A DNA stretch of 63,746 bases, the filler included, from Craspedostauros australis (taxonomy: Eukaryota), in NCBI GenBank assembly GCA_030167865.1. It is 12 parts of 12 records of this genome, joined end to end, with 100 filler letters (N's around TTAATTAATTAA, not from the genome) between each part and the next. Parts side by side here need not be neighbours in the genome. Positions count along the whole stretch, not along the records: positions 25,818 to 51,012 come from JALAGF010003025.1; 11 more parts are not named here. One strand, given 5' to 3'. Of this stretch, positions 36,777 to 47,764 are shown one piece after another. Each line of letters starts with the position of its first letter. Position 1 is the stretch's first letter. The translations under genes were made by a program, and so were the position numbers. The notes below the pieces were generated by a model that was not told the origin of the DNA, ran no database searches, and saw only the letters and a list, made by a program, of their open reading frames with translations.

Positions 36777-37690
36777 TGATGATCATGAATATCATCTCTG
36801 TTGGTGGCTTGCTGCATCACGTGCGCAGATGTGTAATGACATATTATATAATAGTGGCAAGATTACATAAGATTGCAAAGCATGGTGCATGGTCAAGTAC
36901 TATGCATAGGGCACAGAATGATGGGTTGAGAGAATGTACGAAATTCACATGAAATGAAAGCATTCGAGCGGAAGTGGAGACAATGCGAGCATCGTCTCCT
37001 TTCTACTGTTGAACCCAAGACGCCCCTTCATGGAATTCGATGTATGGATTGTAATGTCGCCATGCGTAGATCCGATCTTCTCAGGAGTGGAAATGAGCGA
37101 AAACGAGGATGACCATGATGGCCATGCCGTCGATCTCGATCCTCCAGGACCGGTAACGTGCAAAAACATGGCTTGGAATGCATGAAGGGGCAGATGATTG
37201 CATTCGTGAAGATAAGCAACACGTTGCATGCCGCCGCCGACATTGAACTCACTTCGCCTATCCATCTTCTTCACCGCAGGACGTAGTTCATGGTCGCGTC
37301 AAGTTGCTCCAATGATCTGGAGATGTTGGTGTTGATGATGCTGTTGGATTGTGGCGGTGGTGAGATGGTGGACGTTTGGACGGCGACTTTTCGCGATGTT
37401 TGACGCCGACAAATCAGCGCCCTGAATGGATGGTTGCGAAATAAGGGGTCGAATGAGTCGGAGTCGCACGGCGCAACACACGAACTCGAAGCAAACGAGA
37501 ATCCAGATGGACCATGATGTCGGACATCTTGTGCGGACGGAGGCAGCCGCTCGGTGCACCCGTGCGCGCAACAAACGGAGGATCAATGGGCATCGCGACG
37601 TAACACTCCTCTCCAGAGAGAGGCAAGCCATTCGACTTGAAGTTAACTCGAGCATACGAGCCGAGCACCAATACTGTACTCCCGCGCACA

Positions 37691-38440
37691 ATGAAGAACG
37701 CCATCGCCGTAGTTGCAGGCGCATTCGTTGCTGCCAGCTGCCTCATCGGCGCCTCGGATGCATTCGTTGCACCAGCCGCACGAAGATGCCCTCAGCCGCG
37801 GTCGCAGCTGCGGCCATCAGCGGTAGTGTTTTCATCAAAGAGGCATGGATTCCCATCCGTTCTCGACACGCAGCTTATTCCGCCATTCCCAAACCAACGG
37901 CTTGCGCAGCTGCGGATGAGCGCAGACAGCAGCGATACGAGCGGGGATGATGAGGAGGGCGGCAGCACGGGCGACTCCTTCCTGACACGATGGAGGAAAC
38001 GGCTCTTCCCGCCGCAACCCGATGATGGCCTCAGCACGCGCCAGCGTCTGGCCAAGCTGGGACTCAGCGTGCTGCTCAGCTACGGCTGCGTCTCCAACTT
38101 CTCATCCGCCATTGCCGTGTCGTGTGCGTGGTTCACCTTCAACAAGCAGACGGCCACATCGCCGCTGGCGCCGGGACAGTGGAAGGGGTTCCTGGCAGTC
38201 TACGCCGGCTTCTACGTCTTCACCAGCTTCCTGCGACCGTTGCGTGTCGCGGCAGCGGTGGCCATCGCGCCTAAGTTCGAAGTGGCCGTCAAATCCATCC
38301 AGAACCGGCTCAATGTCAACAAGCAGATCGCAATTGGGATAACCGTCTTCGCCGTCAACGTCGTGGCCACGACGTCGCTCCTGTCGCTGGGCGTGGTGTT
38401 GGCATCGATGGCATCCGGCGTGCCGATCTTCGTCAAGTGA
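37691..38440 (+). CDS. Plastid-targeted membrane protein, DUF1279/FAM210-like
   Basis: Signal peptide + ASDAFVAP (ASAFAP-type) + transit peptide; LAKLGLSVLLSY and FLRPLRVAAAVAIAP motifs; about three hydrophobic segments. Confidence 0.75.
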   Translation: MKNAIAVVAGAFVAASCLIGASDAFVAPAARRCPQPRSQLRPSAVVFSSKRHGFPSVLDTQLIPPFPNQRLAQLRMSADSSDTSGDDEEGGSTGDSFLTRWRKRLFPPQPDDGLSTRQRLAKLGLSVLLSYGCVSNFSSAIAVSCAWFTFNKQTATSPLAPGQWKGFLAVYAGFYVFTSFLRPLRVAAAVAIAPKFEVAVKSIQNRLNVNKQIAIGITVFAVNVVATTSLLSLGVVLASMASGVPIFVK

Positions 38441-39212
38441 GCCGGAGCCTTTTATCGTCCTGGGATGAGATTCATCGTGATGTGAAGACACGGTGACGTC
38501 GCGTGGAGGAAGGGAGGGATGGAAAGAGAGCAACAACCTGAATGACCAACAGAGCGATGAGGTGGATGATGAATTATGGGTGGGATGGTAGCCAGCAAGA
38601 AAGCAAGGAACGGATGGGATGGAATGGAATGGAATAGAATCAATTCGAATCATGATCTTGCCACAGTATCGTAAGACGGGTTAAGACCAAATCCTCCAAT
38701 CAGCAATAGCCCTGGTTTCAATTCGAGATTACTTCCCCACGACTCTCATCACACGTCTCCACACGCAAGTGACATCTTTCAGTTGCTTCCCCATCAACAA
38801 GCGTGCTTACTGCAACATGTAGCTCGTACCCGCGAGCCGCACATGCAAATCATGTTGTCTTGTCGGGTGGTGGAAACTTTGGCGACAAGAAGGCGAGCTA
38901 CCGGGCATGAAATAGGCCCAAACGTGGGAATAGGTACCACACGCGTACGCGGAGTCCAAGAAACGAAACCGCCATCCCACCTCTCTAGTAAAACTTTTCC
39001 AAACTGTGAATGGGGGTGGGAGCCCTCTTCCATGACTCAAGGCCATGCTACTATGCGTTATGGTATCATGCTTGCCTCCTCACGTGTTGGATGATGCCGT
39101 GATGCAATGGCCTGAACGCGGTTTGTTCAATAAGGACCCTTTCCTCGGTCTCACAAAATCAAATCTTCATCATCTGATCTCGCGCGCCCAGCTACAGCCA
39201 ACCAATCCCACC

Positions 39213-41592
39213 ATGAAGATCTCATCAACTACAGTCCTCTTCCTTGTTGCACTCGCGACCTTTAAGGACAGTGTCACCGGGCCTGGTATGTGCGGCGCGG
39301 TCATCGCCGAAGCTTCTCAGCAAGCCAACTTCGAGACCGACATCAATAGTCACGCCCCCGATATCGGTCGTCGACTGACCACCGACATTGACGGTCGTCT
39401 GTTCATCCCGGAACTCTCCGACGCATTTCCCAACGGCATTATCGTCGAGAAGGATATCGATCAGGCGGAGAGCAACGACTGGGTATCCGACCTGTCCAAC
39501 CGCACGGCCGCGACTGGTGACGCCCATGACCTGCCGTCCCTCGACTTCTCTGCGGCCAATATCGGCAGCAACCGCCGACTCCAAACTGCCGATGACGACC
39601 TTTGCGGCCCCCGTCAGCTGGTCCACATGACATTCTCCAATCCCGAACAGTTCAACGTCACCTTCCAGCTCCGCAATCCCAAACGCGAAGCCGTCGTTGC
39701 ATTTGATGCCTACCAAGTCACCGATGCTGACATGCAATCCATCCTCCAGCGCGCGAGGGACAGCTACAGAGGATTTGGGATCGACTTCGTCTTGGAACCT
39801 CCGGCGGACGTCCCCCCACAGTGTATCACGACTGTCTTTCTCAACGAACGCCCCGCATTTGATGCATTCAAAATTGTTCTGCGGGAATCCGGCACCGTTC
39901 CAGGGACCTTCAAGTTCCGTCACTTGGTCTCCGGGGAATCTGAAACCATCGATTTTCGCAACCGCGTGCGAAATCTGTTCGTTTGGGCAGATGCCAGTGT
40001 TTACGCATTTGCATACCAATTTTGGGGTGACGATGGCCTCAAAGAGCATACCGGGCAGACCGTGTCGCCAACCCTCACGGCAGAGCAGATCATTCAGTCC
40101 GCTGTTGTGAACGCGACCGGATCCGTCCTCATCCATGAGCTTGGGCATGGGGCAGCGGGCTTGCGTCATGTGAGTTCTCTTGCCATCATTTCGTGAACTG
40201 AACGATGTCTAGACCCAGCGCTGTGGCAGAGAACTACCGCTTTCATACTCGTGCGCCTGGGCATTTTCAGCCACCATTGTGGTATAGCTACTTTGTTGAT
40301 GCCATCGCGCTCACCTGGTCGTGTGACCATTCTTCGCTTTGTCTCCATTGCTTTGTCTCCATTACTTTCTCTCTCTCTCTCTCTCTGCCTCCTTCTGCTT
40401 TCAGCACGATGCCCTGTCTCAAGGCTACCAGCCACAGTTCCATCCTGCATTCCCGCCTGGCCATGTGATGATGGATCCAACCGACGAAAACAAGCTAGCC
40501 AACCATATCATGAGCACTGGTGTTCCTATCAAAGTGGTGTCAACAGCATCATTCTTCTCACCAAGGTCCGCAATCAAGGTTGCGCTGTCGCTCGGTGTTG
40601 ACTGGACCTCGATCGAATCCAGAGATTCACAGATGACGGATTCTTCTTCGGAACCCAGCGGCAGCGGCGCCGTCGTCGGAGGAGTTTCCAAAGGATCCAA
40701 GGCACAGCATGATCCCCAGAGCAACGCGGTCGTCAAGCACAGCAAGAAGCACAGCAAGGCCTATCTGCCAGATTCCAGCGTTGATGGATCGAGTGATGAT
40801 GGCGGCGGAGGGCCTGCTTTCAATCGTAAGTGATCGCATATCTTTTGAAGAGGGTCGGGTGATGGTCGAGAATGGACGATAGAGGACGGACGGTACTGGA
40901 CTAACAGTTGTGAGCGTTCAACCATGAGAAGCATCGTCACCACCAAGTCACTCACCCACTCCTGCCATGCTTGTGCTGGTTCGCGATGTCACTCTCTCGC
41001 GGTCTCTCTTCATCGCTCTTTGAATGCAATGCACTGCATTCTCACAGGCCACGAATACATCCTCACCGAGCATGAAGCCAAGGCAGGGGATGCAATCCGG
41101 CTGAAGAAGCTCTTGATCCCGAATTCTGCCACCACGGGGCCGTTCGCTGGCGGCGATGCCCTGGAGGCATCCGCAATCGCCATCGTTGGAAGTCTGCAGG
41201 CGGTGGATGTCACCAACAACTACCCGTTCCCGGTCGACCATGACTCGTTCACCTTCTACTTCGAGGAAGGTCAAATCATTACGGCGGACTATGCCGCATA
41301 CGGTGGGCGGACTCGCCGGAAAACCAGGGGCACGCTCCAGGTCATGTCCTTGATTGATGGCACCATGCTGTGCGAGAACTTCATCGGCTCTGAATCTGGC
41401 CAACCGCTCTGCATCAACATGGTAATCCCGGCCTCAGGAGAGTACAAGGTGAACGTTCGCACCTTCAGCCACACCTACGATGTTCGTCGAGGCGTTGCCG
41501 TCCAAGTTGATCCTGCGACATTGGAGGGCGAGTACGACCTCCTCGTCTACGCTGTCAAGGGCGCAGTGGACCGCGCAGCCTCCATGGCATGA
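39213..41592 (+). CDS. Secreted metzincin-type zinc metalloprotease with C-terminal PPC-like beta domain, 3 exons
   Basis: Exons 39213-40169, 40405-40825 and 41048-41592 (GT/AG, frame-consistent). Signal peptide, HELGHGAAGLRH|HD, Met-turn candidate HIMS, and C-terminal D.F.F....G......IPASGEYKVNV...GEYDL. Confidence 0.78.
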
Positions 41593-41958
41593 GTGCAACG
41601 GGGAACATGTGGACTCATGTCCTCGTCAGAGTTGGATTCTATTCTATGGTGCGAATGGGAAGATGGAATGCGACTGGCCGCGCAAGGGCAGAGGGAATGA
41701 AGTCAGCCACCTCAAGGCAATGCGACACATAACGCAATTAGTTATCAGTTTTGCATCAAACACATCAAGTTGCAATCATGTTGATGATTCTGCTTTGAGG
41801 AAGCGTTCGGGAACCTACCTTTCGAGGTGAGTGTAGAGACCGTCTGCACTTTCTTCTTTCAAGCTCATGTGGTTCTGGCCGGTCGCAGGTTTCGACCTTC
41901 GCACAATCACCCAACATGACACCCCGATGCCACCCTTTGATCTGAGCGGATGCTTTCA

Positions 41959-43020
41959 TCATTGATCTTCGCCTCCGCCAGTCATTGGCGATGACGGTAT
42001 TTTCATCCTGTAGCGTTCCCGATTGGTTGTGTGCGGTAATCGCGGACACGGCACGCCATCGCCATCGCGGTCCAGCCTGGCAACATCGCCGTAGAATGGT
42101 CGGTAGTATTCAAACCATTGCAAGGCTTCTTCGTAGTTGTCGAAATCGGAGCATCCTTTGCGATCACCGGGATTCTTGGGAACGGCGGCGTTGGCGTCGT
42201 CCGGCCGTGCCTTGAGCACCTGCGTACCACCGTCGCTGCTCCATCGCGTTTCGACAGTGTACTGCAGCGGTTCGAATTCGGCGATCGGTGCCACGCTCAT
42301 CGACGCATCTGCGCCGGCATCACATTGCTTGTAAATGCCCAATCCAGCGTCTTTGGCCTGCTGCTGCAATGCTTCCAAGTCGGGCATGTACGGGTCGGTG
42401 CTTCCATTGTTCTTGACCCTGGCATAGCCCTGCCTGACCAATTCCTGATTGACGATGAGCTTGTCATCGTTACGAATCAGGATGGCTTTGTTGCTGTTGC
42501 TATTGCTGTTGCTGCCGCCACCCACCACCTTGACGAGAACGGCTGTATCCTTCGGCAACAGTTGCCGGATCTTGTAGGTCGGGCTGTTGTTGAAGCATTC
42601 CGGGAATTGAAAGTTGCCCCCGCCACCGAGCGTCGGCATCTTGACGGACGCCAACGAGACTTGCCCCAGCTTCTCCAGCTTGATGGTGTTGCCATCAACG
42701 ACTCGAACCACCTTATCCTTCGAAAAGTCCTTGGTGGAGAATGGCAACGCATTGTCGTCATTTTGCGACGCGGATAGAAGCAAGGACGTTCCTGATATCA
42801 CCGAGCTTGGGGTGCGCAGAGTCTCCAGCCGGGCAGTGACCGCCGTTGCTGCCGAGATGGCGGATTCCTCCCTGTGGAATGGAGCTCCCGCGTCGGCAGC
42901 TGGAAAAGTTGGCATCGCGCCGTTGCTGGCAGGCACGTCCATCAAACCAAAGCCCGCAACCTGCCTGATTGCCAGCAGACAGAAAGTGATGATGAACCAC
43001 AGCAACATCGTTGTTTGCAT
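41959..43020 (-). CDS. SNase (thermonuclease)-fold protein with C-terminal Excalibur-like Ca-binding domain, presequence-bearing
   Basis: VVRVVDGNTI, VNQELVRQGYA, QQQAKDAGLGIY; C-terminal CSDF...EEA......DVARLDRDGDGVPC; signal peptide ending VAGF. Confidence 0.8.
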   Translation of the reverse strand: MQTTMLLWFIITFCLLAIRQVAGFGLMDVPASNGAMPTFPAADAGAPFHREESAISAATAVTARLETLRTPSSVISGTSLLLSASQNDDNALPFSTKDFSKDKVVRVVDGNTIKLEKLGQVSLASVKMPTLGGGGNFQFPECFNNSPTYKIRQLLPKDTAVLVKVVGGGSNSNSNSNKAILIRNDDKLIVNQELVRQGYARVKNNGSTDPYMPDLEALQQQAKDAGLGIYKQCDAGADASMSVAPIAEFEPLQYTVETRWSSDGGTQVLKARPDDANAAVPKNPGDRKGCSDFDNYEEALQWFEYYRPFYGDVARLDRDGDGVPCPRLPHTTNRERYRMKIPSSPMTGGGEDQ

Positions 43021-43534
43021 GGTTGTTTTCTTTTGCACTGTGCTGTGTGCAAGAGGAATGGAACTATCATCAACGTGGATCAGTGCATCTCATCTGAATG
43101 CCATGCCGATGGGCTGGAATGCGTTGGGATGCATTAGGGTGCGTTGGGATGTGGAAGATCCAATGAAGAGGATGGCCGTGATGGAGTGGCGATCTGCATC
43201 AGCTTGTTCGATTTGTGTGAGTCAGATCTGTTCTGTCAAAAATCCGAGTATAACGTCATGATAACGTCATGTAGAGGCCAAACGACCTTCTGCATAGAAT
43301 CTAAGCAATTATGACACTCTGTAGAACAGAATCACGCCTATATTTGCTCGTTAATGCAGTGAAAATGGAATAATGTTGTTGTGCAGAAGAAATGAGGCTT
43401 TACCTTACCTGTTGATAGTTTTTAACGGCTCGCTTGATCCAAACACAAACCGAGAGAAAGAGGGTCATCACCACAACACACAAACACAAACACATGCACG
43501 AACAAGAACAAGAACGCCTCCACCAGGAGGACGC

Positions 43535-44278
43535 ATGACAACATCCACAACATTGAAAACATTGACAACATTGACAACACGCAATATGACATCAACACAT
43601 GCCATCGATGTGCTGAGCGAGCTGGAGGAATACAGCAACGGATCGCAGTCGATCGGTGTCGCCAATGAGTCATGGAAGAAGGCCATGTTCGCACTCACCA
43701 AGGCCAATCGGAACAAGGATCGAGGTGTGGTGGGAATGGAGTCCTTCTACACGCCTCAGATGGTGCGCGAAGATCTGGAGGCGTCCGTGTTCGTTCAGGT
43801 GGACTACAGCGACGCGTTGCCAGATGACGCGGATGCGCCTGATCTAACGAAGGAAACAGAGGCGACGACCAAGGACGAGGATCAGAAGATACGAAAAACC
43901 ACAGCGCCGACATACGGATTCTTGGATGCTTGGGCGCGGCAACAAGAGGAGCAGAAAGCTCGCAAGGAGCAGCCATCACAAAGCGGCTCTGCCAAGGCTG
44001 CTGCAACGAAGCAGGCATCAGATGGTCTGCGACAGCGCAAGGGTGGCGTTGCGACAACTGCAAGTGAATCTGGAAGCGACAAATGGACGGTCGAAGAGAC
44101 GCAAGGCTCGGCGACGCACATTGCGAATTCCATCGATCTGTTTGGTGCCTTCCCGCCCAGAGATTTGAAGACAGCCCAGATGCATGCCAAGGCAGCCGTG
44201 GAAGGCTACATTCAGGCCGCCAACCGCGTTGCCAAGATCCTGCAAATACTCAACGCCGCTCAGGATACCAAAAAGTAG
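43535..44278 (+). CDS. Vma22/CCDC115-like V-ATPase assembly factor
   Basis: N-terminal helix ..KAMFALTKAN, LRQRK, and C-terminal SIDLFGAFPPRDLKTAQ (family pattern DP..WFG...P..LR.AQ). The start is uncertain (43535 or 43586). Confidence 0.6.
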   Translation: MTTSTTLKTLTTLTTRNMTSTHAIDVLSELEEYSNGSQSIGVANESWKKAMFALTKANRNKDRGVVGMESFYTPQMVREDLEASVFVQVDYSDALPDDADAPDLTKETEATTKDEDQKIRKTTAPTYGFLDAWARQQEEQKARKEQPSQSGSAKAAATKQASDGLRQRKGGVATTASESGSDKWTVEETQGSATHIANSIDLFGAFPPRDLKTAQMHAKAAVEGYIQAANRVAKILQILNAAQDTKK

Positions 44279-44487
44279 ATTCCGCATCAGTTTTTGCGTG
44301 CACTTCGTCTGCTCCACCATGTGCTATCATGTTTGCTGTGCTTTATTATACAAGCGTGGTTGACTTGCAGGATTGCAACCATGACATCAAGTACACATAA
44401 TACGTAACAATCAGACGATATCTCATCTCCTCACGAGTATGGGGTTGCGACGCTCGAGATCTCATTCTCTAACCACGTTTGTAGGTA

Positions 44488-45888
44488 TCAACCCATCTCG
44501 CAATTCGGGCTGTGACCCCCGCTCGCCTTTCTCCCGTACAAGTAGTCGTCCATGTATCTCATCAACGACGGATCCACATAATGGAATGCGATGCTATCCA
44601 CAGCACAGCACAATTCATCCAACTCGTGCGTGGCATTCGGCTTGGGCAATCTCATGATCCGATAGTGGCTCTTCGTCTCCCACGTATCTCGGTACTTCAT
44701 CGACCCCACCTTGTGCGGTTGCCGATAATGAAAGCGCTCGCGACCCCACTCATCTCGTGCCGATTGCAATCGAATGCCCGCAAAATGGTACATCAACATG
44801 AAATGCGCCGCATCTTCTGGTTGCGGACGTCTCGACTTGAATTCTGCCTCATGCCGCGACGCCACGGTGGCAAAGGCCCGCACGTGCGCCGCGTTCATGA
44901 CGTACCCCGCACCGCCCGACGCGTAGACGAACGTGATGAGCTGACGCGTCAAGTCGGTCGGTGAGACCTGCGGGTTCCTGCGATTTTGAGGCGGAAGATA
45001 CCAGTCGCGATAGTCGTAGACGGGCGTGGGCTGCGTGCGGTTGTAGACGAAGGTATCCCTCTTGGCCTTCCACGACAGCGCGAAGGCGTGGCCGTAGACC
45101 AGCGGTTCGCCCGTGACGTGACGGCGCTGCACCACTGCGGATTGGAGGAAGGATTTCAAATTTTCCATGATGACGTACGTGTCGTCGTCGACCTTGTAAA
45201 ACCAATCGTACTGCGTGCCGTAGGCATTCCAGATGTATCCCATCACGCCTTGCGCTCGTTGCCACAATTGCTTGTATCCGGAGACTTCCGAAATGTAAAT
45301 CTCGACGAACGGATGCTGCTTCGCGTCAATGCCATCGGTGCTGTTGGTGGCGATGATGAGCTTTGTACATTTCGATCCCCATGTCTCCAATATGGATCGC
45401 ACGCGCGTGCCATGATTGCCGGAATGCGTCATGAGGAAGCACAGGACTTTGAGGCTTTCGCCGTTATTGTCGGCAATGCGGATTCGACGCAACACCTTGT
45501 CGTCATCGGGTCGACTGTTGCAGGCAGAAAGCGAGGATGGTTGCTTGGTGACGACGGATTGCGATCGCGAACGATTGGTTTGAGGTTGCGTGGAGATGGA
45601 TGCCTGTTGGGCAGGAGTCTGCCGAATCGGTGGCGCGGTTGCACTTGCAGCACTGTCATCTTTGCTTGCAATCATGGCCGGATGGGTCATCTCGAGAGCG
45701 GATGGCGACATGCGCAACGGCACGGCGTCGGCAGTCATTGCCATGGGATCATCGTAGACGAGAGAGTGAAAGAGAGCGCGCCACATCAGCACTGCAACCC
45801 CGACGGTCATCAGCATCCGTTGCAACGACCACCTCCGGCACCTTTCGACTAGGAAGTTCAATCTGGTGGTTGACCTCGAGAACTTCAT
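44488..45888 (-). CDS. GT31 glycosyltransferase, core-1 beta-1,3-galactosyltransferase (C1GALT1)/Fringe-like
   Basis: Type II TM segment; VLCFLMT, TWGSKC, YDWFYKVDDDTYVIMENL, YASGGAGYVM, PED, GRERFH, CC...SIAFHYV. Confidence 0.92.
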   Translation of the reverse strand: MKFSRSTTRLNFLVERCRRWSLQRMLMTVGVAVLMWRALFHSLVYDDPMAMTADAVPLRMSPSALEMTHPAMIASKDDSAASATAPPIRQTPAQQASISTQPQTNRSRSQSVVTKQPSSLSACNSRPDDDKVLRRIRIADNNGESLKVLCFLMTHSGNHGTRVRSILETWGSKCTKLIIATNSTDGIDAKQHPFVEIYISEVSGYKQLWQRAQGVMGYIWNAYGTQYDWFYKVDDDTYVIMENLKSFLQSAVVQRRHVTGEPLVYGHAFALSWKAKRDTFVYNRTQPTPVYDYRDWYLPPQNRRNPQVSPTDLTRQLITFVYASGGAGYVMNAAHVRAFATVASRHEAEFKSRRPQPEDAAHFMLMYHFAGIRLQSARDEWGRERFHYRQPHKVGSMKYRDTWETKSHYRIMRLPKPNATHELDELCCAVDSIAFHYVDPSLMRYMDDYLYGRKASGGHSPNCEMG

Positions 45889-46606
45889 GATGACCGCTCT
45901 GCTGCCCCCTTTCCTTGGATGTTCGGCAGCTCCGAAATCATGGCTTGTTCTGTGGATGTAATACCATGCACTCGGTCTTCACTCCATCCCTTGCTGCGCT
46001 AATAACAGTTTCAACAGCAGTTGGATGGATGCAGAATCGCAGCAGCCTCTAATGATGCGTTCTCCTGGAGTGCTGTACGTATTCCTGAGCGTCGGATAGA
46101 GACAATGGACAGGGAGGTGGTATGCTGCGTACGTGAAGTTGATGTGTGTTGCTACCTCTTGGGCTCTCTGCAGAACCTCTGACACGCAGAAACCATGACA
46201 AAGGTGCAGACACCGAATGCCAATTTCGATGACTTTTTCACCCAACGGGAGTCGTGGATAATGAGTCTTGCAATGATGATCCAGTGCGTCAGTCGTGGAT
46301 ATGGTTCTTTCACGAATGTTGTGCCGACCGCAAGAACGACGCTTGTTGGATTGTGGATCCTTGTGTGGTTGTGGGTGATGGGTTGGTGCGTTGGTGGTTG
46401 ATGGGTTGGCCGGTCTGCATCTGGCCACACACAGAAGGGGACGCTTGCCTTGCCAACACTCGTGACACTCGCACTCAAGCCGACCACGATACTGTCAACC
46501 TCATCCTCCTCCGTAAATCGTCATTTGCAGTACCAAAAGAAGAAACGCACATCGTCGAGCTACGAAAGAGAGGTCAGATCCAAGAAGCCTGCCCACACAA
46601 CTTATC

Positions 46607-47503
46607 ATGACGCAGCGGATGGGAATGATGCTGATCGCGATCACAGCGAGTTTGCAATGCGCAACGGTGGTTGCATTCACTGCGCAATCCATCCATCGGC
46701 CAAGCATCGCCTCTCGCACGCACGTCCTTCATCTTGCCAAGGGATTTGGCAGTGCGCCCAGCAACAATGACAGCAGCAACGACAGCAACGAAGGCAAGGA
46801 CAAGAAGCAGAAGAAGAGGAAGGGCGCCGGGCTGTCGCGATCGTACGGCAAGGACGCGCTGTCGCCGATCGCTGACATTATCGATTCCGAAGGTGCCATG
46901 CAGGCCTTCTTCGAAGGCAACGATAAGTGGCATCCGCTCTTCCGTTCCATGTCCCAAAACAGCAACGTGGCTTCCTTCTTGCAATCGAAAGGCGACGACA
47001 GCGTCGGTTGGAACGCCGATGGACCATGGGAAGAGAATGTGGGCGTTCCTGACAAGGAAAACGACCGCACGGTCCTTTCCACGTTTCTGGATCAGATGCA
47101 AGCCAGTCTCGTGAATATTCCCGTCGATGAATCGACGAAGGAGGACGACGAACTGGACATGCACTTCCTCGAAGAAGGCCGACGCGTCTTGGTGCTTTCC
47201 CGATTCCACGTCGTGCATGGGTACACCGAAAACTCCATCGACAGCTTCGACGCCCTCTTCACCAAATGTTGGAGCGAATTGATGCATCTGCACCTGGCAG
47301 AAGAGGTCGATTGCGGGTCATTGATTATCGTGCCGGGTGCCGATCTCATGGATCTGCGGCGATTCACCTCCACGAATTTGCAGCAGCCCTTGCGGTGGTT
47401 GGGCTTGGAGCAGGATGTCGAGATCACGGCGTACGAACGTGGGGATCCCGCTATTCGCTTTATCTACAAACTGTCGGCCATGCCAACGAATGTGGGCCAA
47501 TGA
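46607..47503 (+). CDS. Probable plastid-targeted hypothetical protein
   Basis: Signal peptide + VVAFTAQ + transit-like segment + AKGFG; 298-aa ORF with coding-like composition. Confidence 0.7.
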   Translation: MTQRMGMMLIAITASLQCATVVAFTAQSIHRPSIASRTHVLHLAKGFGSAPSNNDSSNDSNEGKDKKQKKRKGAGLSRSYGKDALSPIADIIDSEGAMQAFFEGNDKWHPLFRSMSQNSNVASFLQSKGDDSVGWNADGPWEENVGVPDKENDRTVLSTFLDQMQASLVNIPVDESTKEDDELDMHFLEEGRRVLVLSRFHVVHGYTENSIDSFDALFTKCWSELMHLHLAEEVDCGSLIIVPGADLMDLRRFTSTNLQQPLRWLGLEQDVEITAYERGDPAIRFIYKLSAMPTNVGQ

Positions 47504-47764
47504 GGATGCAGCAGCGTGGCCTCTGGAATAACCCGTTGGGTATAAATCCACGCTGGACCGGAAACCATTGTGCACAACAACGTGCGGACGCACTTGCATT
47601 CGTAACGGCAGGCTGGAAGGCTGTATCATGGATACGCCAGGTCATGCGGGCGTTCCCTGCCCTGAGAATTGCACCTATTTTGGGATTGTAGAAGCTACAA
47701 GTAAGGCTAAAGAGTTTACAGCAGGTACCAAGCGTGGTTCATCAATTCTGTAGCGTAGCCCCCA

